Shown: positions 8,005 to 18,654 of the stretch, in pieces
Layout: each line of letters opens with the position of its first letter
How positions within the stretch are numbered: position 1 is the stretch's first letter
DNA from: Nitrososphaeria archaeon
GTDB taxonomy: Archaea > Thermoproteota > Nitrososphaeria > JACIWG01
Direction of reading: 5' to 3'
Assembly: GCA_963760525.1 (NCBI GenBank)
Contig: CAVXDT010000010.1
Span: forward strand, 8,098-72,097
DNA: 64,000 nucleotides
The notes under the pieces: model-generated
What the model was told of the DNA's origin: nothing
What the model saw: the letters and a program-made list of their open reading frames with translations, nothing else
The model's database searches: none
Program-made: the position numbers and the translations under genes

Positions 8005-10428
8005 ATGACTTCAAAAAATAGTTCGGGACCAAAAGAGCTAAGTGGAAACAACTTTTATGCAGATTCAGAAAAAGGTTTAAGCTCAGATGAAGTTCAAAAA
8101 AGATTAGAGGAATTTGGATACAACGAAGTTCCAGAGAAGAAGGCTAACCCTCTCTCCCAATTTGTGAAGAGGTTTTGGGGCGTAACACCATGGATGCTTG
8201 AAGTAACCATAGTACTCGAATGGCTTCTAGGAAAATTACTTGAAATGTACATAATATCTGGGCTTCTAGTCTTCAATGCAGTTTTGGGCTTTTTGAAGAG
8301 GAAAGAGCTAACTCTGCGCTTGAGCTTCTTAAGCAAAGACTGAGAGTCAACGCGAGAGCAAAACGTAGTGGGGCTTGGACATTGATTTCTGCAAGAGAGC
8401 TAGTACCTGGAGACATCATTAGGCTTAGAGCAGGTGACCTTATTCCCGCAGACACCAAGGTATTAATTGGGAGCGCTGAAGTCGATCAGTCATCACTAAC
8501 CGGAGAGTCCCAAGCAGTCGAAAAACAAGTTAATGAAGTATTATATAGTGGTTCAATCCTTAGAAGAGGCGAAATATCCGGTATTGTTGTCTCTACGGGT
8601 GTAAAAACGTATTTTGGAAGAACCGTGGAGCTAGTCCAAGTTGCGAAACCCAAGTTGCACATGGAAGAGGTGACTTCCAAGGTTGTAAAGTGGCTTGATG
8701 GCGATTGTGGGATCATTTCTTTCAATTAGCATAGTCGTCTCCATCTTGAGAGGGATGGATATACTGGAGATACTTCCGTTAGCGGTCGTTCTTTTGATTT
8801 CGGCAATACCTGTTGCTCTGCCTACGATGTTCACGGTCACCATGGCCCTTGGCTCCTTGGAAATGATGAAGAAAGGGATACTGGTTACAAGGCTGAGCGC
8901 AAGCGAGGATGCGGCGACGACGGATGTAATATGTGTTGATAAGACTGGGACAATTACCATGAACAAGCTTCAAGTGGCGGAGACTGTGCCTGCAAGAGGA
9001 TACAGAAATGAGGATGTAATATTGTTTGGCGCTTTAGCATCTAATGAGGCAAACCAGGACTCGATCGACCTTGCTTTCCTATCAGCTGCGAATAACATTA
9101 GTGACCCAATTTGAAGGTTATTTGCAAGAGAAGTTTGTGCCCTTTGATCCTTTGACCAGGAGAACAGAGGCTATTATCTCCATAGAAGGGAAGAGATTTC
9201 ATGTGCTTAAAGGAGCGGTTGGAACTATATTCTCTTTGTGCAAGATGGGCCAAGAAGCATCAAGCCAGATGGGAGAGGGAAGTTGAGCGATTATCAAATA
9301 AGGGGTATAGGGTGATAGCTGTAGCTGAAGGTAAAGCTGACTATGACATTAACATGGTAGGTTTAGCTGCGTTGTATGACAAGCCTAGACCTGATTCCCA
9401 AGAGCTAATAACTGAGCTTAATGAAGTTGGCATTTCAGTGAAGATGTTAACTGGAGACGCTTTGCCAGTAGCTAAAGAAGTTGCAGAGCAGGTCGGCTTA
9501 GGCAAAAACATTGTCAAGTTCTCAGATGTAAAAGGGCTCCCGGAGGACGAACTCATTAAGACTTTGGAAGGAAATAGTGGATTCGCGGAGATCTATCCGG
9601 AGGACAAGTACTCTATAGTTAAGAGTCTTCAGAGAGGAGGGCACATTGTTGGAATGACAGGCGATGGCGTCAACGATGCTCCTGCCTTGAAACAGGCTGA
9701 AGTAGGTATAGCTGTAAGTAACGCTACGGATGTAGCTAAGAAGGCTGCCAGCGCTGTCCTCACAACAGAAGGACTAGTGGGTATACTGGACCTAATTAAA
9801 ACCGGTAGGATCATACATCAGAGGATAATAACTTGGATTCTTAATAAAGTGGTCAAAACATTCCAGATAACCATTCTAGTAGTCCTCGCATTTCTTCTGA
9901 CAGGAACGTACATAATATCCGCGTTTCACATGATCTTACTGATATTCTTAACAGATTTTGTAACCTTATCGTTATCAACAGACAATGTTCGATATTCTGA
10001 AAAACCAGATAGCTGGAATATAACAGGCCTGGTCAAGGTGGCTGTTTGCCTTGGGGGTTATAGTTGTGGCAGAGTTGCTGATCATACTCGGAATAGGCCT
10101 TAATTACTTTGGGCTCGGGAACAATATCAATCAATTGTATACTTTTTCGTTCGAACTGCTGATCTACGTGGAATTATGTGATATGTTGATAGTTAGGGAA
10201 CGGAAACATTTCTGGAATTCGAGACCCAGTAATCCTTTACTAATAATAATTTTAGGCGACCTATTGCTTGTCTTCCTCATATCAATTTTTGGGTTACCTG
10301 GGGTGACTCCGATAAATCCAATCATCGCTCTGATGGTTCCAGCGTTTTCTTTCACTGCAGCCTTCTTAGTGAATGATTTCATCAAGGTACCTTTAATAAA
10401 GAAGTTTTGGTCGAGAGTAGGTTTCTGA
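8005..10428 (+). pseudogene. type III (plasma-membrane H+-type) P-type ATPase, five frame disruptions
   Basis: Six consecutive ORF fragments (8005, 8382, 8695, 9044, 9201, 10051) together give a colinear P-type ATPase. Motifs present are TGES (SLTGESQAV), the phosphorylation site CVDKTGTITMNKL, and the hinge MTGDGVNDAPALKQAEVGIAV. Junctions lie near 8290 (T5 run), 8695, 9097, 9268 and 10055 (G5 run). Confidence 0.85.
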
Positions 10429-10522
10429 TGTATGACTCAATTCATTTGAGTCTGTCCTAGACATAGGCAATCAAAAAGACAAAGAACATGAGGGCATCAT
10501 CACATCAAAGAGAACATAACCT

Positions 10523-10918
10523 CTAATGCAGCCTTTCCACATGATTCTCTAGTGTTCCATTTATGTAAGCTTGTACTGCCTCATCAGCATCAATCTTATC
10601 AGTCAAAAAGGGTTTGATACCTGACTGTTTGATGGATTCATACGCGCCCCATCCCATTCCTCCTGCTATCAACGCTTCACAGTCCAGCACGTTAGAGAGC
10701 ATAGTATTATGTAATGCAGTCTCTCCGATGCCATGGTTGTGGTCATGGCTCAAACTATCGTCATGATGACTCATGCCTTCAAGATGACGCCCTGCCTTAG
10801 GCCTCGTTTCTATTCTTTGCGTTTTCTTATCCTGTATATCATAGACCTGATAGTATCTGGCTCTTCCAAAATGTGAGGATATCGTCTTCCCGTCGTCTGT
10901 AACTACGGCTATCTTCAT
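10523..10918 (-). CDS. NifX/NifB-C-terminal-like (dinitrogenase FeMo-cofactor-binding fold) protein with His-rich insertion
   Basis: 131 aa. MKIAVVTDDGKTISSHFGRARYYQVYD is typical of the COG1433 family. The insertion HLEGMSHHDDSLSHDHNHG is His-rich. Confidence 0.75.
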   Translation of the reverse strand: MKIAVVTDDGKTISSHFGRARYYQVYDIQDKKTQRIETRPKAGRHLEGMSHHDDSLSHDHNHGIGETALHNTMLSNVLDCEALIAGGMGWGAYESIKQSGIKPFLTDKIDADEAVQAYINGTLENHVERLH

Positions 10919-10929
10919 GTTCCATTCCC

Positions 10930-11454
10930 CTATTCAAAGATTACAGAAGCAACCTTCTTCTTGGCCTCTGATAGTATTTCATGTATCTTGTTCATCTTTT
11001 CTTCGTCAACGTACTCCCCGTTTTGGAAGACCATCGCTTGAATGTCCCTCACATCCCTCATGAAACCGAATGTGCCCATTCTATCTGTGTACTCTTTTCC
11101 AGCCTTGATTCTCTCCACTATGTCCTTATTATCATCAAGGTACTTCTTACCTTCAAGAGTCAACGAGTAGATCTTCTTTCCTTCCTTCTCTTCGTAAACA
11201 ACATACCCTAGGTCCTCAAGCTCTTGAAGTGTAGGATAGATCATTCCAGCACTGACAGGCCGCTGATGTTCCCTACCTATCTCCTGGATAAGGGCGTATC
11301 CGTGCATTGGCTTTTCCGATAAAGCCATCAAGACGAGGAAGCGGAAATCTCCCCTCCTCACTCCGAACGGTCCCCAGTGCATGTGCCTTCCTCCAGAGCA
11401 ACCCATCTCATCTGAGCATCCATGTCTCATACTATTGTGTCCACGTTCACACAT
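10930..11454 (-). CDS. PadR-family transcriptional regulator with Cys/His-rich N-terminal extension
   Basis: 174 aa. FLVLMALSEKPMHGYALIQEI...GMIYPTLQELEDLGYV is a PadR wHTH. The N-terminus MCERGHNSMRHGCSDEMGCSGGRHMH is rich in Cys and His. Confidence 0.8.
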   Translation of the reverse strand: MCERGHNSMRHGCSDEMGCSGGRHMHWGPFGVRRGDFRFLVLMALSEKPMHGYALIQEIGREHQRPVSAGMIYPTLQELEDLGYVVYEEKEGKKIYSLTLEGKKYLDDNKDIVERIKAGKEYTDRMGTFGFMRDVRDIQAMVFQNGEYVDEEKMNKIHEILSEAKKKVASVIFE

Positions 11455-11621
11455 ATTATATCACACAACATATCTATTGATATATTAATAAACATATCTT
11501 CATTTTCTCCCTATTAACTCCTATATCGGTTCAATTTTGGGATTCGAATTAGAACCACAAATAAGTCATTGAGTTGGTCACCAGAAGGGTGTCTCGGACA
11601 AGCTGTGGCATTTTTTTGTAC

Positions 11622-12788
11622 TCAATTGGCAATCTTATTTGTTCTTTTCGATTGAACATTGCGGACGATAAGCCGAGACACTCCAAGCATCTCTCCTTCT
11701 GTCGACCAACGCCCCAAGCTCAAGCGTAAAGCTCCCAACGCCTGTTCTCTTGTAAGACCCATCGCAAGAAGCACAGCAGATGGTTCTGTTGATCCAGCAT
11801 GGCAAGCTGAGCCCGTAGAAGCAGCGATTTCAGGCATCTGGCCTAATAGTTCCTCGCCTACCACATCCTTGATGCTTATGTTAAGAGTGTTAGGTAGTCT
11901 CCGTTCAGGGTGACCATTAAGCTTTACAATCTCTTCGCCCAAGCCAGTAAGAATGTTGCGGTGTAGCTTATCCCTCAAGGCCCTAATGTCTAGACCGAAA
12001 TTGTGGACAGTGCCTGAAGCTATCTCACACGCGCGACCCAATCCAACAATGTATGGCACGTTCTCTGTACCAGCCCGTCTTCTCTTTTCCTGTCCGGCTC
12101 CATGGACGAACATATCGAGGTTGGTCCCACTTCTAACGTACAAGGCGCCAATTCCTTTTGGAGCGTACAACTTATGCCCTGCTATCGTGAGCAAATCCAC
12201 GCTCAGTTTGACAACGTTGACGTCAATCTTACCGCATGACTGGGCTGCATCACAGTGGAAGATAACATCCTTCTCTTTTGCGATCCTGCCTATTTCTTCA
12301 ATAGGTTCGATAGTCCCTACCTCGTTGTTTGCATGCATTATGGTGATGAGTACTGTTTCGTCTGTTATCGCGTTCTCCACATCTGAGGGATTTACCATTC
12401 CATATTTGTCTACGGGTAAGCAGGTTATCTTGAATCTGAACTTCTCCTTCAGATATTCTAATGTTTCAAGAACTGAAGGGTGTTCGATTCGCGAAGTAAT
12501 TATGTGTCTTCCCTTTCTAATATTAGCGAGAGATGTTCCGATAATAGCATGGTTGTTGCTTTCGGTACCTCCGCTTGAAAATGTGATTTCGTCTGGTTCT
12601 GATCCAATCAGTTCAGCAACTTGTTTTCTTGCTATGTTCACAGCTTCTTTTGCCAGTTGCCCGTATGCATGATTACTTGACGGATTTCCAAAACGTTCCT
12701 TGAAGTAAGGAAGCATTGATTCAAGAACTTCTGGGTCAATGGATGTTGTAGCATTATAGTCCAAGTATATCGGCATCATGGTTTTCAT
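11622..12788 (-). CDS. cysteine desulfurase (NifS/IscS class V aminotransferase)
   Basis: 388 aa. Motifs seen are SSGGTESNN, the PLP-lysine region AGHKLYAPKGIGALYVR and the catalytic Cys loop STGSACHAGS. Confidence 0.9.
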   Translation of the reverse strand: MKTMMPIYLDYNATTSIDPEVLESMLPYFKERFGNPSSNHAYGQLAKEAVNIARKQVAELIGSEPDEITFSSGGTESNNHAIIGTSLANIRKGRHIITSRIEHPSVLETLEYLKEKFRFKITCLPVDKYGMVNPSDVENAITDETVLITIMHANNEVGTIEPIEEIGRIAKEKDVIFHCDAAQSCGKIDVNVVKLSVDLLTIAGHKLYAPKGIGALYVRSGTNLDMFVHGAGQEKRRRAGTENVPYIVGLGRACEIASGTVHNFGLDIRALRDKLHRNILTGLGEEIVKLNGHPERRLPNTLNISIKDVVGEELLGQMPEIAASTGSACHAGSTEPSAVLLAMGLTREQALGALRLSLGRWSTEGEMLGVSRLIVRNVQSKRTNKIAN

Positions 12789-12925
12789 CTATTCATACCA
12801 CCTGTCCAATTTACAATAGCCATCTTTCCACATCTCTTAAATAGTATGAACATAAGATCTTCTCCTCGTTACTCCACGTACTTCCGAGTTCTTTATCCAC
12901 CCCTCTCTTAGTCAACCAAAAAGCC

Positions 12926-13249
12926 TTAACCAAACGTTAACACTTTATCGGATTCTTCCACCAGCTTCACCAAATCCTTCATAGTGGAAATTGGACAAAC
13001 CGCAGAACCCCCTTTTTGTCTAGCTTTCAAGCAAGTGCCGCATGCCAACATTTCCCCCTTATTCGCAATGAACGAATCTATTTGTTCTTTCAAGTTGAAC
13101 TTTTCACCTTTAATATTTTCTGCTTCTACACCTTTATTAATCAAGAACATTTTTACTGCGTGATTTTCCTTTAGCGCAACATTCCCAAATCTAAACGCGT
13201 TCCAGACTTCCTCATCGTCATTAGTGCTCAACACAATACCGATCTTCAT
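12926..13249 (-). CDS. DsrE/DsrF-like family protein
   Basis: ORF 12926..13300, with the likely start at MKIGIVLSTNDDEE. It has a DsrE-like fold signature and an ACGTC...VCP cysteine motif. Confidence 0.6.
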   Translation of the reverse strand: MKIGIVLSTNDDEEVWNAFRFGNVALKENHAVKMFLINKGVEAENIKGEKFNLKEQIDSFIANKGEMLACGTCLKARQKGGSAVCPISTMKDLVKLVEESDKVLTFG

Positions 13250-13394
13250 CTTTGTAACACAATAGAAACATCTATAGATGGTATATAAAACCTCCCCCAT
13301 TTGGATAACATGAAAATAAAGGTATTTTCCACATAATTATCCTAGCCTTAATAATCTAGAATGGAATCTTCATTATTGTTCTATCGTTTATATA

Positions 13395-14144
13395 TTGGGT
13401 ATCTTAAGTTAACACAGAGAGTGGCTTTTCATAGCAGTTAGCGGTGACAATTTCATATTATCTGTATCAAACTTAAGTGTAAGAATTAAAGACCAAGTAA
13501 TTTTAGACAACATAAGCTTCAAACTCAAGAAAGGCACGACCTTGGCTATAGTGGGACCTAATGGCGCTGGCAAGACCACGTTATTTAGAGCATTACTGAA
13601 CCTGGCACCTTATACCGGTAAGATCGAATGGGAGGACAAAGTGAAAATAGGTTATGTTCCTCAGAAGCTTTATGTGGGAGACATACCGATTTCAGTAAAG
13701 GAGTTTCTGGCATTCAAATGTGGCATGAATGAGCAGGTTAGAAGTTGCGTTGAATCAGTTGAGTTGGAAATTGAATCGATACTTGATAGAAGACTCAGCG
13801 TTTTATCAGGAGGACAACTTCAAAGAGTGTTGATAGCTTGGGCTCTACTTGATAACCCGAATGTTCTCTTGCTTGACGAGCCAACAAGTGCTATACATAT
13901 CGACAGTGAAGAGGCAATCTACGAAATGTTGAACAAGCTTGAGAGAAAACAGAGAATAACCACGCTCATGATAACACATGATATACATCTTGTTCGAGAC
14001 TTTTCAGAATACATGCTGGCTTTGAACAACAGGTTGGTTTTCTTCGGAAAATCTGAAGAGATAACAAATCCTTCATTACTTCAGACCATCTACGGCAGTG
14101 GAACAGTGTTGAAGTCGCGGAAGGAAAGAGGATTATCTGCATGA
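13395..14144 (+). CDS. ABC transporter ATP-binding protein (ZnuC/MntB-type metal importer ATPase); start uncertain
   Basis: Walker A GPNGAGKTT, signature LSGGQLQR and Walker B LLLDEPTS are present. The frame is open upstream of the track start through ILSVSNLSVRIKDQVILDNISF. No ATG is present, so TTG at 13395 is the best candidate start. Confidence 0.8.
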
Positions 14145-14926
14145 CGGAAACGCTCTTACTTAGCCTTATCACCTCAATCGCAGTAGGTCTTGCAGCGGGT
14201 TATCTTGGCTCACTTATGGTGTTGAAGAGAATGGCTCTAGTTGGCGATGCCCTATCACATGTGGCTCTTCCCGGACTGGCTTTAGGTATACTGTTCAACT
14301 TCAACCCCTTCTTTGGAGCATTTGTTTTCCTTTTCGTATCTGCAACTGTGATCTGGCGTATCGAAAGGATCACTAGATTACCAGTTGAGACGATTGTAGG
14401 TTCACTATTTACACTTTCTCTTGCTGTTGGAATACTTGTTATTCCTCAATACGATTTACTTGAAGCACTCTTTGGTGACATCTCCAAAGTAAATTTGGAA
14501 AGTACAATAGTCGCAATAGCTGCTTCTCTTCTTGCTATTCTCTTGACAAAGATCATTTACAAGAATCTGATTTTGAGCATGATTTCAGAGGAGCTTGCTA
14601 CATCAGCGGGTATAAATGTTGCGAGAACGAATCTGTTATTCCTCTTATTCGTGTGCCTTACAGTAGCTGCAGGATTGCAGATTGTTGGAAGCCTGTTAGT
14701 TGGATTCCTAGTTGTAGTTCCAGCTGCAACTGCGAAGATTGTGAGTTCTAATATATTTCGATATGCTGTCTTAAGCTCTCTATTCGGCGCAATAAGCTCC
14801 TTCTTTGGAATTTTATTATCTAACTACATGGGTTTGCCTCCTGGCCCACTAATAGTCTTGTCCGGAATTCTCTTGTTTTTGGGAGCAGTCACAACGCGGT
14901 CTATCTCTAAAAGCTTTATTTACTAG
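14141..14926 (+). CDS. ABC-3 family metal transporter permease (ZnuB/MntC-type)
   Basis: 261 aa with 7-8 TM segments and GDALSHVALPGLALG typical of the ABC-3 family. There is a 4-nt overlap with the upstream ATPase gene. Confidence 0.8.
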   Translation: MTETLLLSLITSIAVGLAAGYLGSLMVLKRMALVGDALSHVALPGLALGILFNFNPFFGAFVFLFVSATVIWRIERITRLPVETIVGSLFTLSLAVGILVIPQYDLLEALFGDISKVNLESTIVAIAASLLAILLTKIIYKNLILSMISEELATSAGINVARTNLLFLLFVCLTVAAGLQIVGSLLVGFLVVVPAATAKIVSSNIFRYAVLSSLFGAISSFFGILLSNYMGLPPGPLIVLSGILLFLGAVTTRSISKSFIY

Positions 14927-15049
14927 ACTTCAGAATTTACCATTTTGAGATTAGTGCCCAAGCTACTTTGACGGTTTATTTCAATAGACTCAAGCAGAAC
15001 TAGCGTCCTGATAGGTCTGATTGGAGTTCATAAAGCGATGATACTGGTT

Positions 15050-16398
15050 TTACTTTGCTAATGTTCCCATTGGATCCCAACATGGGAGGACAATAGGTTC
15101 GGTGTCTAGAGCTTTTAAGAGCTCTGGAGAGAGGTATTTTTTCCTAACGGTTATTTCGTACAGGTATTCGTCGAACCATTCATCCATCATATACATATAA
15201 CCTTTGTCCCCAATCGTAGCCCCCCAGCTGTTTTCAACTCGCCATTTTCTCGGTTTGCCTTTCTCATCTAGGTCCACACCTGTTAAGACCATGGCGTGAG
15301 TCATCTCGCTGTTCCTATAGTCCAATCTTCCAGCTTTATCAAGTTTGAAATCCATTCCGAAGACGAGTTTATAGTCATATACGTTCAAATCCATTGCGCC
15401 CATCTCTGTTTCAAGCATCTGGGCTACGTCGCAGCCGAACCAAACCGCATGGTTATCCTTTATCATATCTACGGCAGCTTTCTTCAATGTCATCATATCA
15501 ACATTTAAGTAACGAACCGGACGTCCACCGATGACGTTACCGAGATACTGCACTGTGTAGAGTTTATTATAGGGCTTGTCCTTGGTTGGGGCGTTTATTA
15601 GGCAGACTAGATCATTCAGGTCAATATCCACATATTTCTTGTAGAACTCTTCTGGTGTTATGTTACCATGCCTGTGGAATATGTTGTCCTTGTCCCGCCA
15701 CTCCCAGTAGAAATTGGTCGGAGGTTTCCCAAGTGAATGGCGAGCATCCTATAGAACTCTTCGAGCATTTCTCCTTTTGACCTGCGCAGTTCCTGTGCAG
15801 GAGAACCCTGAGAATGCAGGTCTCTGAGCGTTTTCGCATATTCCCTTAGCTTGGCTACAAGCAGGGTGTTCATGGGATCAGAGTTGCTGCTACTGTCTGT
15901 CTCTGGCATAAAAGACTTCGGTACCACGCCGTACTTCTCTACGAGATTCACAAACATGTCCCATTGCCCACCATCGGAAAGTGGGTCAGAGAGAAGCGAC
16001 AGCACCAACCTGCTATCCAATGGCTCATCCCTGGTCTCGATGATGTTCTCAAGAAAGAAGTTCGCCTTCTCTAGTTTATCCCAGAACATCTGGTAGGCCT
16101 CCGAAAGTTCAAAAGTCTTAAGGTTCAACTTCTTCATAGCCTCTAGGCAAAGAGAACTAAGCCCGGAGAATAGCCAACATCGCCCTGACCGCTCCTGATT
16201 AGTAGCCTCCGGCGACTCTATAAGATGACTAAATGTGTAGTTAATTCGGTCAACTTCCTTCCGACTCAAAGCTACAGCAGCTATACCGTTCTCAGTCACA
16301 GCGTTCAACGCAAGAAGATTCTTAGGATCCCTATCAAAAGATGTTAAAAACCGCTTAACATCCGCATTCTGGATAGTCTTATCCAAGATATTTCTCAA
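15050..16398 (-). pseudogene. pepC: aminopeptidase C / bleomycin hydrolase (peptidase C1B), one frameshift
   Basis: ORFs 15658..16398 (active-site region NQERSGRCWLFS) and 15050..15631 (HAMVLTGV...ENSWG) are colinear with PepC. The frames join at AIHLG|KPPTNFYWEW, at an A/T3 run near 15725-15728. Confidence 0.8.
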
Positions 16399-16558
16399 CC
16401 ATTTGGGATACCTTAACTTTTAAAGTTTTGGATTAATAAGTTTGAAGCAATAAGTAACCTAACTAATTAATTTCTTTCCAGTAATCATGATTTATTAGAG
16501 ACCTTGCGTCCAATAGCTTCTTTGCGTTTGATTAAAGGCTTTAATACTTGACTGTGTT

Positions 16559-18355
16559 ATGATTCCTAAAATGCACATTAAGTCAAAGTTGAGAAGGATT
16601 TCTGCCATAATACTTCTGCCAGTGTGCCTGATAAACCTGTTATCTTTAACGCCTTTGGTGCTGGCTAATGAGCAGGGACAGCCAAACCCGCTTTGGAACC
16701 GAAAATGGGACGTATTATACCCCTCCAATATTGCTGTGGGTGATGATGGCATCTATGTTGCTGGAGCGTGGGGTGGTCAGAGTCCATCAAATGCTACTCT
16801 AACCAAGTTTAATTTTAGCGGGCAGAAAATTTGGAATCAAAGTTGGGGCGGACCAGCACCTGACGCAGGCTTTGATGTCGCTGTAGAAAACAACAGTGTC
16901 TATATGGTAGGGTTTACTTCAGTTGGAGCCTACTATAAGGCTTTTCTTGTAAAATATGATGGCGACGGTAATCTGATTTGGAATAGAACTTGGGCAGAGT
17001 ACTCTGAACACTCCTATGGCGTAGCAGTAGACGGCAACTACATTTACGTAGTAGGTGAAAGAAGCTATGTCCAAGGAGGCCAAGATGCGTTTATAGCCAA
17101 GTTTGATGCTGAAGGAAACCAACTATGGAACACCACGTGGGGAAGACAACCTGACGATTCCGTTGGCAATGGAGTAACAGTTGACAGTAGCGGAGTGTTC
17201 ATAGTTGGAAACACTGGTGAATTCGCATTCCTGACTAAGTATGATGCTAACGGAAACCAGTTGTGGAATTTAACTTGGCGAAGTGAAAATGGATGGGCTT
17301 CTGGCCAAAGAGTCGCAGCGCATGACGATAGCATCTATGTCACTGGAATCACACGGCCTTTTGACGGAGTAGATGACGCTCTCCTTATGAAATACGATGT
17401 TAATGGGAACCAAATCTGGAACAGGACATGGGGAGGGTCATCAGTTGAGGAGGGTTTTGGTGTTGCGGCTACTGATAGCGGGGTCTACATGGTTGGAGAT
17501 ACATATTCCTTTGGAGCTGGACTAATGGATGCCTTCTTGGCTAGGTATGATATTGATGGAAATCAGCTATGGAACACTACGTGGGGAACGTTAGAATATG
17601 AAAATGGTCTCGGAGTCACTGTTGACAGCAACAATATTTACATGGTTGGAGACAACATAGATTCACATTATGGTTTCTTAGTCAAGTTCGCCATCTTCTC
17701 CAAACCTCACCTATCAGACTTCAACCTGCTTTTCGTGGAAAACGATGTTCGAGTCATTTATCCCTCGGATGCTGGCAGCAAGCCACTCGGATGCGTTCCA
17801 GCGAAGCCCACCGACTGGACAGCGTCAGCGTACGTTACGACGAAGCTCGGAAGCTATGTTGAGGGCTTGGACACAGATAGCAGTTTCGTGGACCAAACGT
17901 GGGGTAAAGCAGTTGGAAGCCGTGGAAATGGTATTATCAGCTTCGGAGGTCCAGCGGTGAACCCTGTTCTAAAATATGCTGAAGCCGACTCTACGCCGGA
18001 AGTGGATAGGGCTCCGGTTAAATGGTATGATGAAGGCGGTATCGTCTATCGCTTCAAATACTCTAATGGGACGGATGTTCCTGGTGCGGAGGTCAACACG
18101 TCTAGGTTCAACAGTGAGGACCTGTTCGTAATCGAAGTCTACATGGATGGGGATGGTAGGCTGATCCTGTTGTCCTATGGCTTCGGGTGGAAGGGCACTT
18201 ATGCGGCAGGAAAATACTTTCATTCTGTGATCTACCCTAACATAGACTCGTATGATGTGGGCTGGCTGATAGTAAGATGGGAGGATACGAACCACGACAC
18301 TTTCGTTAACCTTCCAGGCCAAGGCGACACCTACACCCTAATAGCGTCAGCGTAG
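16559..18355 (+). CDS. secreted SBBP-type beta-propeller repeat protein with unknown C-terminal domain
   Basis: 598 aa with a signal peptide (LLPVCLINLLSLTPLVLA). Seven repeats of about 48 aa have the pattern G[NQ]xxWNxxWG...GxxVxxDxxxIYxxG. The C-terminal ~215 aa are unrecognised. Confidence 0.75.
   Translation: MIPKMHIKSKLRRISAIILLPVCLINLLSLTPLVLANEQGQPNPLWNRKWDVLYPSNIAVGDDGIYVAGAWGGQSPSNATLTKFNFSGQKIWNQSWGGPAPDAGFDVAVENNSVYMVGFTSVGAYYKAFLVKYDGDGNLIWNRTWAEYSEHSYGVAVDGNYIYVVGERSYVQGGQDAFIAKFDAEGNQLWNTTWGRQPDDSVGNGVTVDSSGVFIVGNTGEFAFLTKYDANGNQLWNLTWRSENGWASGQRVAAHDDSIYVTGITRPFDGVDDALLMKYDVNGNQIWNRTWGGSSVEEGFGVAATDSGVYMVGDTYSFGAGLMDAFLARYDIDGNQLWNTTWGTLEYENGLGVTVDSNNIYMVGDNIDSHYGFLVKFAIFSKPHLSDFNLLFVENDVRVIYPSDAGSKPLGCVPAKPTDWTASAYVTTKLGSYVEGLDTDSSFVDQTWGKAVGSRGNGIISFGGPAVNPVLKYAEADSTPEVDRAPVKWYDEGGIVYRFKYSNGTDVPGAEVNTSRFNSEDLFVIEVYMDGDGRLILLSYGFGWKGTYAAGKYFHSVIYPNIDSYDVGWLIVRWEDTNHDTFVNLPGQGDTYTLIASA
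16676..17700 (+). repeat. seven tandem SBBP-like blade repeats (protein level)
   Basis: The blades are marked by LWNRKW, IWNQSW, IWNRTW, LWNTTW, LWNLTW, IWNRTW and LWNTTW at about 48-aa spacing. Confidence 0.7.
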
Positions 18356-18654
18356 ACAGACGAAAAGAAGCCTGCTTCAACTGAACGATTAGAGGGCAGA
18401 AGTAGGATATATGGCAGCGGAGGCCTTCGGCAACACTTTTTTGGATAATGATGCGTGCGTAAGCTGTAAAAATCCTAGAAGGAGCTTCAAATCCTATAAG
18501 CATTGAATTTCTGTCAGTCACGAACCCTGATTTCGGAACCAAATATAGCACTGAAAACGCATTGCATCCCACCCGTTCACTCTCACGGATAATGTATGAA
18601 TACCCCATAACGATATAAATATATGAAAAGCAACACTGATGATTGAGAAGTCTT

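Noticed and set aside
5457-10428. Programmed ribosomal frameshifting or recoding as an explanation for the split genes
   Set aside because: There are about 11 shifts in three unrelated genes, in both directions. I can see no shared slippery heptamer or downstream structure, and some sit in simple homopolymers. Decay or sequence error is far more parsimonious.
11953-12672. 239-aa plus-strand ORF
   Set aside because: It is entirely antisense to the well-supported cysteine desulfurase gene. The translation is Ser/Leu/Pro-rich with no motif, typical of a shadow ORF.
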